Origin: an uncultured virus (IMG/VR IMGVR_UViG_3300012259_000001)
Lineage: Duplodnaviria; Heunggongvirae; Uroviricota; Caudoviricetes
DNA: 64,000 nt
IMG/VR virus record: IMGVR_UViG_3300012259_000001
Span: 1-64,000 of that record
Strand: one strand, 5' to 3'
The notes under the pieces are model-generated. The model worked only from the letters and a program-made list of their open reading frames with translations. It was not told the origin of the DNA and made no database searches. Each line of letters starts with the position of its first letter. The stretch's first letter is position 1. Made by a program: the position numbers and the translations under genes. This document shows positions 9,669-19,969 of this stretch, piece by piece.

Positions 9669-11300
9669 ATGAAAAACAGTAGCATACCTTTCAATGTCAG
9701 TCTAATGGAGATAACTCCTGAAAAGCTCGCAAAGATGCGGCCTGTCAAAGTTGCAGACGTTTATGACGGCATGACGGGGAACTTCGCCGAGGACGGGTTG
9801 TTCAGTGTCCAAACTTTCGGGCGGGTCGGTGACGAGCTGCGCGACCAGCGTTTTGGTTACATCGACGCTGTAGTGACGGTCTTCCACCCCACGATCTTTC
9901 GTGCTCTGTGTCAACTCAAAGCCTTGTACCGTGACATCATGTCCGGTACGCGTTATGCCACCTGGAATGCCCAAGAAGCTGACTTTGAAGCCGCCACTGA
10001 ACTGGATGGCGAAACAGGCTACGCATTCTTTTTAACCCACTGGCACAAAATCAAATTCAAAGATTCGAAGTCACCGATTCGAACCGAACGAATCAAGATG
10101 ATCGAGAAATACCGCAAGGTGGCCACGATCAATAAGATCTTGGTGTTGCCTGCTGGGTTGCGCGATTTTGTCATCGATGCATCGGGTCGGGGTACCCAAG
10201 ACGAGATCAATGACATCTATCGCAAGATCTTGGGTGCTTCTAAGGTACTGGTCAGTGCCGAAGGGGCTGAGTTGTCCCCCATTTTTGACAACAGTCGTAA
10301 ATCCATACAACAAAGTTTCAATGAGATCTACGACACGATCTCACAAATGATTACGGGCAAGAAAGGCTTCTTTCAGGAGAAGTTTGGTAGTCGGCGCGTC
10401 TTCAACGGGACACGTAACGTAATCTCGGCAATGGACACCTCGGTCGCAGATCTGGATGCTGAGAATGCTCCCGGATTTAACGACAGTATCATCGGCTTGT
10501 TCCAAGTGATGAAAGGGGCACTGCCGGTCACCATCTACCAATTGCGTAATGGTTGGTTGGGTGAGGTCTTCGGTGTAGGTGGGTCTGGTACCAGCGCTCG
10601 TTTGATTGACCCCAAGACCCTGCAACAAGACATCGTTGACCTCCCCTTGGATGTTCGTGACAAGTGGGTCACCGTCGAAGGACTGGAAAAGTTGGTGGAA
10701 GGCTTTCGTAACCCCAACATCCGCTTTAAACCCATCAAGATTGAAGGACGTTACTTGGGTCTGATTTACATCGGTCCTGACAAAACGTTTAAGATCTTCG
10801 GTGACATCCGTGAACTCCCTGAACACTTGGATCGTCAGTACGTAGAACCACTGACGTACGTCCATCTGTTCTACCTTTGCGGGTATCGTCGTTGGAACAC
10901 GCTAAAGGCGATCGTCACGCGTTATCCGGTAGCCGGTATTGGCTCGACCTATCCTTCGCATGTGTACTGTAAAACGACCATCGTCGGTGAGGTACGTTAC
11001 GAGTTGGGTGATGACTGGCAACTCAAAGGTGAAGAATTTAAAGCCTTGGAGTTCCCTACCCGTAAACCAGAAGCCTTTGTGGATTCTCAAGTGATCCACC
11101 CCAGTCGACTGGCCGGTCTTGCAGCCGACTACGACGGTGACACCGCTTCTGCCACCATCGTGTACAGCGACGAGGCCATTGCTGAGCTGGACCGTTATCT
11201 CGATAGCACGGCGGCTTACCTCGATCCTCGTGGGGGGTTCAAAGCCGGGTGTGATGTTGACACTATCACGCTGGTGTTGAAGAACATGACGGGCGACTAA
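9669..11300 (+). CDS. Virion RNA polymerase beta-prime subunit (catalytic part; phiKZ gp180-like)
   Basis: DGLFS..TFG, VLPAGLRD, GKKGFF, TRYP and catalytic ADYDGD motifs; 543 aa. Confidence 0.93.
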   Translation: MKNSSIPFNVSLMEITPEKLAKMRPVKVADVYDGMTGNFAEDGLFSVQTFGRVGDELRDQRFGYIDAVVTVFHPTIFRALCQLKALYRDIMSGTRYATWNAQEADFEAATELDGETGYAFFLTHWHKIKFKDSKSPIRTERIKMIEKYRKVATINKILVLPAGLRDFVIDASGRGTQDEINDIYRKILGASKVLVSAEGAELSPIFDNSRKSIQQSFNEIYDTISQMITGKKGFFQEKFGSRRVFNGTRNVISAMDTSVADLDAENAPGFNDSIIGLFQVMKGALPVTIYQLRNGWLGEVFGVGGSGTSARLIDPKTLQQDIVDLPLDVRDKWVTVEGLEKLVEGFRNPNIRFKPIKIEGRYLGLIYIGPDKTFKIFGDIRELPEHLDRQYVEPLTYVHLFYLCGYRRWNTLKAIVTRYPVAGIGSTYPSHVYCKTTIVGEVRYELGDDWQLKGEEFKALEFPTRKPEAFVDSQVIHPSRLAGLAADYDGDTASATIVYSDEAIAELDRYLDSTAAYLDPRGGFKAGCDVDTITLVLKNMTGD

Positions 11301-11348
11301 GGTCGTCCGTTTTCCCCTTTCCTGTTTTTGACATTAAGGACTTAACCC

Positions 11349-14300
11349 ATGCTTCTTTATCCTGCTTGGTACCGTCGACGCGGTATTCGTCGATTGGTTG
11401 CCTTGACTGCCCCCGAAACCCACAGCGTGGTGAATCTGGCCTTGCCCCGTGGGGCAGTGTTGGGTTACCTCCCCGAAGACAGTACCAGCATTGGTATCGG
11501 TAAAGATGATCCGTTGGTCAAGGCGGCTGAACGCATCGTCTACGTGGATCACATCACTCAACTGCGCAGCGAGATCGGTAATCCGAAACCTGTGGTGTGG
11601 TCGGCTGATAAACATCTGCGTGACTACCAGCGTGCCAACCGCGGCAAGATACGTCCCCTGCTGAATCCTGAAACGGTGATGTCGAACCCACGGATTTTGG
11701 TCGTGGAGAACTTTGCTCCGTTGCAGTTTGTGAAGCGCTACACCGCCAACTTCTTTGCTTCCTATTACAAGTGGGCGAACATTCGCCACACCATGTGGGA
11801 CAAGCTCAATGAGGTAGCGGCTCAATTCCCAGAGCGTCATCTCTTTCTGAAGGTGGTGTTGCCGGAAGTACTGCCTTCGATCTCAGCGCTGCGTCGTGCT
11901 GAAAAAAGCATTGTGCGCAATACGCTAGAAAAGTTTCCAACCAACGAATCGCTGGACGTCTTGGACATCTGGACGTGGTTGGGTGAATACCGCAGTGAAT
12001 CGCCAATGTCGAGGCTCCAGCTTAAAAACCTGGACCGCCTGAATCTTCTTTTCCTTTATAAGGACCGTTGGTTCTGCATCAACATCGGCATGTTGAATGC
12101 TTGGCGCAAAACCGCTAATGTCGAGGAAGGGACGGCTGAGGGGTTGGATTCGTTTGCTTTGCAAAAGCGTTTCCTGCGTGGCCTGATGCACCTCATCGAA
12201 TCGCGGTCGATTGTTGACCTTGAAGAGGAGGTTGAGGAAAGCGAGGAAGAGGAAGAGGTTATCTTGCCCGATGACGAGGACGATGATGGTCCGACTCGTA
12301 TCAGTGATGGGCGTCGTAAGCAACAAGACGACCTTGATGTTAAGGGCAAAACAACCAAGCCTGAGCTGGTGGTAGTCAAGGGCGATCCTGTCAGCGAAAA
12401 CACCTCCGACCTCAACTTCGAAGACGAGTTGGCTGAACTCCTTAAAGAAGACTACGATCTGATCCGTCAGGCCGAGTTGGATGATGCCCAAATTGAGAAA
12501 GAACTCGAAGGTTTGGAAGTCATTGAGCAGGTCAAAGAGGAAGTAGCTTTCGCCGAAGAAGCGCCTGTGGAACTGGTCAAAGTCACCGGAGCCCCACGGG
12601 ATGTTGAAAAAGGGATTATGGATAAGGCCAACGAGATGGCCGATGCTGGGTTGTTGTCCGGTGCTGAATACAAGCGTGCTGAACGTTTGGCCAGTACGTA
12701 CAAAACGCTCCCTAACCCCTACGGTGGAAAAGGTACACTCGAAGACGTAATGCGGTTGGAGCCTGAGGTCCTTAAGATCTCCAATCCACCCAAGATGCCG
12801 AAGAACGCTGAGGTGTTTGATGAACGCATGTTGAAGTCGACACTGTTCGAATTCGATTCGCGTTATGTGCAGGAGGTGTTGCCCAAAGACATCGTGAACT
12901 CGGTGATGTCCGTACAGAACGCAGGGGTGGTGGTGGCCGACTATAATGTCGAGACTGTGGAAGACGTAATGAACCATTACGAAATTCACGCCATCAAACT
13001 GGCACCTGTGACGGGCGTGGCCAGCACCATTCGTTTCCGCGTTCCGAAGATCCACGAAGATGGTACATACTTCGCTAACGGGGTGCGTTACCACCTGCGT
13101 AAACAACGTGGCGACATGCCCATCCGTAAAGTGTTGCCGAATCGGGTGGCCTTGACCAGCTACTACGGCAAGAGCTTTATCTCGCGATCCGAGAAGGCTG
13201 TGCACAACTACCCAGGTTGGTTGTGTAACCAGATCATGGCGATCGGGTTGGATAGTAAGGACAATCGCGTCACAAACCTCAAACCCACCAACGTCTTTAA
13301 CCCGCTCAACAAGACACCTAAGCTTTACAGTCTGTTGGCCCACAAGTTCCGCAGCTTTACGGTTAAGGGGATTGACTTCTTCTTCGACTACAGCAAACTG
13401 ATGGAGAACTTTGGTGAGAAGGCGATCAACCGCCCTGAAGCCAAGGGATTGACTCCTATCGGTAAGCAAGGGTCGGATGTTGTCTATGTTGACCCGAGCA
13501 ACATGTTGTTTGTGTTGAAGAACCGCGGACCTCAACCGATCGAGAGTATCGAGGAGTTGATTGGGTTGGACACTGCCAAAGCTCCTATCGAAGTGGCTGA
13601 GCTTAAGGTGTACAACAAAGAGATTCCAATCGGTCTGGTACTCGGTTACTACTTGGGCTTGGAGAAGCTGATCAAGGCCTTAAAGCCTTCGGCCTATCGC
13701 CGTGTTCAGGTGGGGGATCGGTTGAAATTGACCGATGGGGAATATGTGGTGCGCTTTGCTGATGAGAACCTGGTCTTCCACCGTGATGATCGCTTGGTCG
13801 CATTGGTTATGGCAGGTTTTAACAGCTACCACAAGACCATCCGCAATTACAACGTTTACGACTTCGACCGCAAGGACGTGTACCTGAACGTCTTGGAAGC
13901 TAATGGCATTGGCATTCGTTACCTGCGTGAACTGGACCTGTTGAAAGACATGTTCATTGATCCGATCACCCATGACCTGTTGGTGGAAATGCAAGAACCC
14001 ACCGATTGGATAGGGTTGGTGGTTCGTGCCACTGAACTGTTGACGACTGACTGGTCGCCTGCAGAGACGGACATGGAGTTCATGCGCATCAAGGGTTACG
14101 AGCGTATTGCTGGGGCGGTCTACACCGAAATGGTGCGTTCGATTCGGACTCACCAAGCACGGCGCGGCGCCTCGAACAACAAGATCGAGATGCCACCTAA
14201 TGCAATCTGGCAAGCCATTCAAGAAGACCCCTCAAAAGGGATGGTGGAGGAATCCAATCCGATTGAGTGTTTGCGTGAACAAGAAGCCGTTACCATGGGA

Positions 14301-15668
14301 GGTACGGGTGGTCGTAGCCGTCGCTCGATGGTTAAGAAAAGCCGTATTTATCACCGCAACGACATGGGGGTAATTTCTGAAGCGACAGTAGACTCCGGGG
14401 ACGTAGCAATCAACACGTTCCTGTCGGCTGATCCAAACTTCAAATCGCTACGGGGTACCAGTAACCGTTACGATCCGAAAAACGACAGCCCCGCTACACT
14501 GTTCAGTACAGCCGCCTTGATCTCTCCCGGTTCCGACCGAGACGATCCGAAGCGGGTTAACTTCGTTGGGATTCAGTATCACTCGACGATGTTCTCGGAG
14601 GGTTACGAGCCTGCGATGGTGCGGACAGGTTATGAGCAGATGGTTGCTCACCGAGTGGATGATCTCTACGCCACAACGGCTAAAGATGATGGGACCGTGG
14701 TACAGGTGACTGATGAGGCTATCACCATCGCGTACAAGAACGGTACTTCCAAAAGCATCCAGTTAGGACGTCGGTTTGGTACGGTGGCCGGAACCATGTT
14801 CCCGCACAATGTGGTCACTCCACTGAAAGCGGGCGATAAGTTCAAGGTAGGTGAACCCATTGCCTACAACACCAACTATTTCCAAATCGATCCGTTGAAT
14901 CCGAAATTCCTGTTGATGAAGACGGGGATCTTGGCAAAGACGGCATTGCTGGAATCGACTGACACGCTGGAAGACTCCTCTGTGATCTCTGAGCGCTTGG
15001 CTAACAAGCTGGGAACCAAGATCACCAAGGTACGAGATATCGTGGTCACCTTCGATCAGAAGCTTCATTCTCTGGTCAAAGTTGGGCAAAAGCTTGAAGC
15101 GGACGATATTTTATGTACGATTGAAGATGCCGTGACGGCGGACAACGAACTGTTTGATGAAAACTCTATCGACACCTTGCGTTTGTTGGGGTCACAAACC
15201 CCTAGAGCCAAGTACGAAGGGCTAGTCGAAAAGGTCGAGGTCTTCTATAACGGCGATCTGGAGGACATGTCCGAATCCATTCGGGCGGTTGCCGTGGCTG
15301 CAGACAAAGCTCGTGCTAAGTTTGCCAAGGGGATGAACAAAACCGTTCTGACCGGCCAAGTGGACAGTTCACTGCGTATTGGGGGTAATCCCCTGAACTT
15401 GGATTCGATGGCAGTGCGGGTGTACATCACTTCGCACATCGGGACCGGGGTCGGTGACAAGGGCGTGTTCGCCAACCAAATGAAAACCATCTTTGGGCGC
15501 GTGATGTCGGGTGAGAACCGCACGGAGTCCGGTGAAGATCTGGATGCCATCTTCGGATACACCAGTATCAGTAACCGTATCGTGTTGTCACCGGATTTGA
15601 TCGGTACCACCACCACCCTGTTGAAGGTGATTGCCAAACAAGCCGTCAAGGTTTATCGAGGGGCGTAA
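11349..15668 (+). CDS. Virion RNA polymerase beta subunit (phiKZ gp178-like)
   Basis: 1439 aa; beta motifs NG..YHLRKQRGD, ISEATVDSGDV, DDPKRVNF, VRTGYE, LEDS, VGDKGVFANQMK; long acidic linker. Confidence 0.92.
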   Translation: MLLYPAWYRRRGIRRLVALTAPETHSVVNLALPRGAVLGYLPEDSTSIGIGKDDPLVKAAERIVYVDHITQLRSEIGNPKPVVWSADKHLRDYQRANRGKIRPLLNPETVMSNPRILVVENFAPLQFVKRYTANFFASYYKWANIRHTMWDKLNEVAAQFPERHLFLKVVLPEVLPSISALRRAEKSIVRNTLEKFPTNESLDVLDIWTWLGEYRSESPMSRLQLKNLDRLNLLFLYKDRWFCINIGMLNAWRKTANVEEGTAEGLDSFALQKRFLRGLMHLIESRSIVDLEEEVEESEEEEEVILPDDEDDDGPTRISDGRRKQQDDLDVKGKTTKPELVVVKGDPVSENTSDLNFEDELAELLKEDYDLIRQAELDDAQIEKELEGLEVIEQVKEEVAFAEEAPVELVKVTGAPRDVEKGIMDKANEMADAGLLSGAEYKRAERLASTYKTLPNPYGGKGTLEDVMRLEPEVLKISNPPKMPKNAEVFDERMLKSTLFEFDSRYVQEVLPKDIVNSVMSVQNAGVVVADYNVETVEDVMNHYEIHAIKLAPVTGVASTIRFRVPKIHEDGTYFANGVRYHLRKQRGDMPIRKVLPNRVALTSYYGKSFISRSEKAVHNYPGWLCNQIMAIGLDSKDNRVTNLKPTNVFNPLNKTPKLYSLLAHKFRSFTVKGIDFFFDYSKLMENFGEKAINRPEAKGLTPIGKQGSDVVYVDPSNMLFVLKNRGPQPIESIEELIGLDTAKAPIEVAELKVYNKEIPIGLVLGYYLGLEKLIKALKPSAYRRVQVGDRLKLTDGEYVVRFADENLVFHRDDRLVALVMAGFNSYHKTIRNYNVYDFDRKDVYLNVLEANGIGIRYLRELDLLKDMFIDPITHDLLVEMQEPTDWIGLVVRATELLTTDWSPAETDMEFMRIKGYERIAGAVYTEMVRSIRTHQARRGASNNKIEMPPNAIWQAIQEDPSKGMVEESNPIECLREQEAVTMGGTGGRSRRSMVKKSRIYHRNDMGVISEATVDSGDVAINTFLSADPNFKSLRGTSNRYDPKNDSPATLFSTAALISPGSDRDDPKRVNFVGIQYHSTMFSEGYEPAMVRTGYEQMVAHRVDDLYATTAKDDGTVVQVTDEAITIAYKNGTSKSIQLGRRFGTVAGTMFPHNVVTPLKAGDKFKVGEPIAYNTNYFQIDPLNPKFLLMKTGILAKTALLESTDTLEDSSVISERLANKLGTKITKVRDIVVTFDQKLHSLVKVGQKLEADDILCTIEDAVTADNELFDENSIDTLRLLGSQTPRAKYEGLVEKVEVFYNGDLEDMSESIRAVAVAADKARAKFAKGMNKTVLTGQVDSSLRIGGNPLNLDSMAVRVYITSHIGTGVGDKGVFANQMKTIFGRVMSGENRTESGEDLDAIFGYTSISNRIVLSPDLIGTTTTLLKVIAKQAVKVYRGA

Positions 15669-15702
15669 AGCCCCTCCCTTTTAGTAAACGGAAGGTCTTC
15701 CC

Positions 15703-15897
15703 ATGAGTAAGAAATTCGAGCAAAACGCCACGGTGCTCGCCAATGCCGCCGAGCTGGGTGCAGCCATCATGCGTCGCATTGCCGGCAATGCAGTCTCCAA
15801 CCACATCGATGGTCAGCTGCAAAACGACGGTGCTACCAAGGGTGCCTTGGTCGCTGTCATTCAACGCAAACTGACCAAGAAACACGGGGTGGTCTAA
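15703..15897 (+). CDS. Small conserved virion-associated protein
   Basis: 64 aa; stop overlaps next start (TAATG); within the vRNAP-protease operon. Confidence 0.7.
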   Translation: MSKKFEQNATVLANAAELGAAIMRRIAGNAVSNHIDGQLQNDGATKGALVAVIQRKLTKKHGVV

Positions 15898-17339
15898 TGA
15901 TTCGTCAAAACACACTCAACAGCGTAGTTGCGCTGGCTGATAAGTTGGCTAATGCCAATGTCGCTTTGGCGCCTGTTGAAAGCTCGCCGCTGGCGTCGCT
16001 GATCAGTGCCGGTAGCATCCCGATGCCTGACCAAGGGGGTTTGATTGGTCTGGACTTCGAGAATCGCCTGCTCTCGGGTTCGCTGTACAAGAACCAGCAG
16101 GGTATCTGTGAACACGACCTCGTGATGGACGAGATTGTTGATGTGGTCGAGAAGACTGTCAACTTCAACCTCGACCTGACCCAGAACAAGGTCAACCCGA
16201 TGGTCAAGCGTGTTCTGGAAGCAACTCAAGAGTACGTTTCCAACAAGCAGGCGGTTGATGCTGGTGCGATCAGCATTTCCCCACTTCACTACCACAAGGT
16301 GTGGTCGAGCCACTACCTGACCGGAATGGTGGAGCGTTTCACCGAAACGGCCGTCAACGACATTCGCCTGTCCATCAAAGTGCCGATGCCGACCGTGGAG
16401 AACGAGTTCGAGCTGATCAGTACCGGTCTCACGCGCTTCGATGAAGAGCTGATGGATCTGGTTCGTACGCTGGAACCCGGCACCCTGAGCGACCTGTATC
16501 GCCGTCTGTTCGTAACGGAGAGTGAGGACTACGTTCCGACCATTCTACCTTATCTGAACTACCTGCGGGTCAGCCCGAACCAGCCGCTTCTGGTGTTCCT
16601 GATTGCCCAGAAACTGGTGGACAACATTCCGGAAGGTGTGAAGACCACCCCTGAGCAGTACAAGGAATACATCACCGCAATCATGGCACAAGCTGGTCGT
16701 GCTCTGTGTCGTCAGATCGAGCGCCGCGAAGCAGCCGCCAAGAACAAGACACTGGTCTCCAGTTGGTCTCAGCATCAAGTCAGCGACCTCGGCATTACCC
16801 CTGTGGTGATCGAAGTCAACGGCGACGTGTACAACAAGTGGCTGCAAGAAGGCGGTTCGCCGGATGTGCTCTTCGGTGCGTTCTGTACCGATCGCCTGAG
16901 CAACTACAACCTGCTGCTTGAGCGCAAAGAAGCGTACGCAAGTGCATGGGCTCGCCAACAGCGTCTGCTGCAAAGCGAGCGCCGTCTGCAACTGGACAAC
17001 CACACCCTGGTGGGGTTGAACAAGGCTGTGGAGCAAGAGATCCTTCAGCTCCCGGAAGACGAACTGCTGGTCGATCGCAAGAAGTACCTGTCGGTGCTGA
17101 ACGATTACATGCGCAACCTTCCGAATGGGTGGCAGAAAGAAAACCTGTACTACTCGGTCCGTAAGACCGTGTGCAGCGTGATCTATCCGCACACCATGGC
17201 TTTCGACATCTTGGTTGCCATCGACAGTGCCTGTGAAGCCCATCCGGATCTGCCGGTACGTGAAGCAGCCTTCTTCGGCGCAATGGAAGTGGTGGCCGAC
17301 TGGCTGACACAACTGATCAAAGTCGACGCTTCGGCGTAA
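15897..17339 (+). CDS. Virion structural protein (phiKZ gp177-like position)
   Basis: 480 aa, strong codon bias, syntenic between vRNAP beta and protease. Confidence 0.65.
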   Translation: MIRQNTLNSVVALADKLANANVALAPVESSPLASLISAGSIPMPDQGGLIGLDFENRLLSGSLYKNQQGICEHDLVMDEIVDVVEKTVNFNLDLTQNKVNPMVKRVLEATQEYVSNKQAVDAGAISISPLHYHKVWSSHYLTGMVERFTETAVNDIRLSIKVPMPTVENEFELISTGLTRFDEELMDLVRTLEPGTLSDLYRRLFVTESEDYVPTILPYLNYLRVSPNQPLLVFLIAQKLVDNIPEGVKTTPEQYKEYITAIMAQAGRALCRQIERREAAAKNKTLVSSWSQHQVSDLGITPVVIEVNGDVYNKWLQEGGSPDVLFGAFCTDRLSNYNLLLERKEAYASAWARQQRLLQSERRLQLDNHTLVGLNKAVEQEILQLPEDELLVDRKKYLSVLNDYMRNLPNGWQKENLYYSVRKTVCSVIYPHTMAFDILVAIDSACEAHPDLPVREAAFFGAMEVVADWLTQLIKVDASA

Positions 17340-17351
17340 CACGAGAACGTT

Positions 17352-18077
17352 ATGGACCCTAAAAAGCTGACACGCGACGCTTCGAAGGTTCATGCTGCAT
17401 TGAAGGAACTCGAGGACGGGTCGGTCGTTGCGATCAAAGGGGTGAAAATCTACATCCCGGCCCGTTTCGCCGAGCAACAATTGGCTGTGTTGGGCAATGA
17501 GACTAACATCTGTGGTCTCTTTGCCATTGTGGTGGATGACCAGTACTATGGGGTCTCCTCCGCCATGGCCATGATGCGCATCGAACCCACGGTGACAAAC
17601 ACCGTTAAGGTTGGAGAAGACGAGTACCTGGAGTTCGTATTCGATCCGGGTAGCACCGTTATCTCCAGTACGGAACTGGTGAAGGCCGATACCTTCATCT
17701 ATTTGATCTACTCGGAGATCATGGCCAAGGGGAACGTTCCTTGGTTTATGGGTTACGAAGACATGGGTCGTCTGTTTGAGAGTGCGCCTCACCATGCGGG
17801 TGTTTCGGTGGGTGCTAACTTTGCGGTGATCGAAATGATCATGGCAGCAATCAGTCGTTCGGAGAAAGACCGTACCAAGTACTTCCGCCACCAGCTGAAT
17901 GATCGGCAGGATCTGGGGACTCAGGTTCCGGCGTTTATCCCGTTGCGTAGTGTCACCTACGGGGCGAGTAACACCACAGCAAAACTGATCGGTGCGTACT
18001 GGGAAGAAGGCCTCACCTCTGCTTTGGTGAATCCGACAGAAACGGTCGAGCCGATCGAAGGACTCTTAAGAAGGTAA
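17352..18077 (+). CDS. Probable small virion RNAP subunit (phiKZ gp176-like)
   Basis: 241 aa; C-terminal PLRSV...NTTAKLIGAYWEEGLTSAL resembles the beta-prime C-terminus; immediately upstream of the protease. Confidence 0.7.
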   Translation: MDPKKLTRDASKVHAALKELEDGSVVAIKGVKIYIPARFAEQQLAVLGNETNICGLFAIVVDDQYYGVSSAMAMMRIEPTVTNTVKVGEDEYLEFVFDPGSTVISSTELVKADTFIYLIYSEIMAKGNVPWFMGYEDMGRLFESAPHHAGVSVGANFAVIEMIMAAISRSEKDRTKYFRHQLNDRQDLGTQVPAFIPLRSVTYGASNTTAKLIGAYWEEGLTSALVNPTETVEPIEGLLRR

Positions 18078-18081
18078 GGGT

Positions 18082-18843
18082 ATGTCTACAGAACGGGTAG
18101 TCTATGGCTGTACCGCCCTAGTCGGCACCAATAAGACGGGTAAGCTTTCGGCTGACAGCGATGGCTACTACGAACTGGTGTTGGGTGGGCTGGACTGCTA
18201 CAACAGCGGTGGAGCTTTCTACCCGCTGTCTACGGCGCGTTCATTGTTCGAAGCGTCTTCGACTCTGATGCGTCGGATTGAAACTGGGGCTTGTCGAGGT
18301 GAATACGGTCACCCGAAGAAAGACCCCAACCAGAACATGTCGAGCTTCCTCCAACGAGTGTCGACCATCTACGAAGACAACGTCTGTTGTCACTTCAAAG
18401 ATGTGCGTCTGGAACAGAACGCGGTCAAAGACAAAGACGGCAATCGCGTGGTTGCTGTTGTGGGTCGCGTTAAACCCAGTGGTCCTAAAGGCGAATTCCT
18501 TCGTGCCTCTTTGGAGAGCAAGGATGAAAACGTCTGCTTCTCGGTTCGCAGTCTGACTGACGATCGGGTTGAAGGGGGTCGTCTGGTTAAGCACATCCGT
18601 TCCATCATCACGTGGGACTACGTGAATGAGCCGGGCATCGCTGTCGCCAAGAAGTGGCACTCGCCTTCTCTGGAATCGTTTGACGATGCGGTTTTCAGTC
18701 GTCAGATGGTGGAGAGTCTGGGTGAAGCCAAGGGTGTAGGTATGGAGTCGGTTAACGAGATCTGCAAAACCATCTTCGTCGACTTCGGTTGGAAGAAGAA
18801 GGTCGGTTCCGATCTGGTACTGCCCCCAAGCGCTCGCTGGTAA
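18082..18843 (+). CDS. Prohead maturation protease (phiKZ gp175 / T4 gp21-like)
   Basis: GEYGHP (His), FSVRS (Ser), WDYVNEPG motifs; candidate self-cleavage sites SLE and GME near the C-terminus. Confidence 0.9.
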   Translation: MSTERVVYGCTALVGTNKTGKLSADSDGYYELVLGGLDCYNSGGAFYPLSTARSLFEASSTLMRRIETGACRGEYGHPKKDPNQNMSSFLQRVSTIYEDNVCCHFKDVRLEQNAVKDKDGNRVVAVVGRVKPSGPKGEFLRASLESKDENVCFSVRSLTDDRVEGGRLVKHIRSIITWDYVNEPGIAVAKKWHSPSLESFDDAVFSRQMVESLGEAKGVGMESVNEICKTIFVDFGWKKKVGSDLVLPPSARW

Positions 18844-18943
18844 ATATGCAAAGCTGCTGGTTCGCCAGCAGCTTTGTTTATGTCCGTATTCAAAGTTTTT
18901 AAAGGTCTGTACTATTCACGGGCAAATACTTAAGGAATGACTC

Positions 18944-19351
18944 ATGTACGTCGTCATCATTAAAGGCAACCCCAAGTTTATCAATACCCCTGTGGCGCGT
19001 CAGTATTATAAAGCCATTGAGAAGTTCCTCTATGGGCTTGGGGTTAAGCGCGTCGACTTTGATCCGGGAGCCGACTATACCTGTCCACCCAAAGCCGATT
19101 TCTACGTTGCTCATTCTCGCGGGGTGGGGCGTGTAGACTTGTGTAAACACTTAGGTGAACATAACGCGTTGAAGTTTGGTTCACTCGACGGCATCATCCA
19201 TCCCACTGATGCTGAGTGGCAGAAGGTCACACCCGCAGGAACCGGAACGCCACCTAAGGAACACTTCCTCTTTACGCCGGAGCAACAGCAGGCCGTTCGG
19301 GATATGTATGAAAGGGTGCGTGCGTCACAACCCAAAAGTTCTGAATGGTGA
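18944..19351 (+). CDS. Small alpha/beta-hydrolase-like protein with C-terminal PKSSEW tag
   Basis: VAHSRG nucleophile-elbow-like motif, downstream His; AAGGA RBS. Confidence 0.5.
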   Translation: MYVVIIKGNPKFINTPVARQYYKAIEKFLYGLGVKRVDFDPGADYTCPPKADFYVAHSRGVGRVDLCKHLGEHNALKFGSLDGIIHPTDAEWQKVTPAGTGTPPKEHFLFTPEQQQAVRDMYERVRASQPKSSEW

Positions 19352-19357
19352 TTTGTA

Positions 19358-19963
19358 ATGAAACTTTATCATGGGTCAGAAAAACTATTTACCGTATTAA
19401 AGCCCACGGGTGTTAATATGGGTAATCGACTTCAGAAAGCACACTGGGCTATTTATTTCTGGGACGACTACGAGAAAGCCAGGAAATGGGCTATCTTCCA
19501 ATACCTAAGACGGACACTCAAACAACGGTTGGTCTACAACGTCATTAATAATGGCGTGTTGGTTACAAAAGAACAATACAAAGAACTCCTCAGTGCGGCA
19601 GACAATGGGAAGTGTTATGTTTACGAGGCAGACATACCCAGGAATAAAGTAGGTTTCGGTAGCTCACCGGAAATCGATGAGTACACCGTTCGACAAGACG
19701 TTACACCACAAAAGGTGTATGAACAGATAGTTGATGAAAAAGCGATATATCACATCTGTACTATCGCAACACAAAAAGAAATCAACGACTACATCAAAGA
19801 CCTAGAATCCGGTAAGTTTAGTAAAAACAGGGGTTTCCTACTCTATTTGTTACTAGATCCTAAAAAAGACCAAGAGAGACACGGCTACAACAAACGGATG
19901 AAGGAAGGTACTCTTAAGCCTGGGGATGAGTTAGGTAAGGAACCTCCCAGTTCAAATTGGTGA
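19358..19963 (+). CDS. ADP-ribosyltransferase-fold protein with C-terminal PPSSNW tag
   Basis: N-terminal KLYHGS, IYF..D...A..WA, YVYE, DEY pattern typical of ART-like folds; AT-rich. Confidence 0.5.
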   Translation: MKLYHGSEKLFTVLKPTGVNMGNRLQKAHWAIYFWDDYEKARKWAIFQYLRRTLKQRLVYNVINNGVLVTKEQYKELLSAADNGKCYVYEADIPRNKVGFGSSPEIDEYTVRQDVTPQKVYEQIVDEKAIYHICTIATQKEINDYIKDLESGKFSKNRGFLLYLLLDPKKDQERHGYNKRMKEGTLKPGDELGKEPPSSNW

Positions 19964-19969
19964 TTTTTA

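Noticed and set aside
8986..9770. Group I intron in the beta-prime gene
   Set aside because: The insert is almost entirely endonuclease ORF plus recoded coding sequence. There is no room for, or sign of, a ribozyme core, and the downstream gene has its own RBS and ATG.
11925..13535. 536-aa antisense ORF inside RNAP beta
   Set aside because: Shadow frame of a codon-biased gene; no RBS or protein-like motifs
16545..17891. 448-aa antisense ORF
   Set aside because: Shadow of the 15897 and 17352 genes
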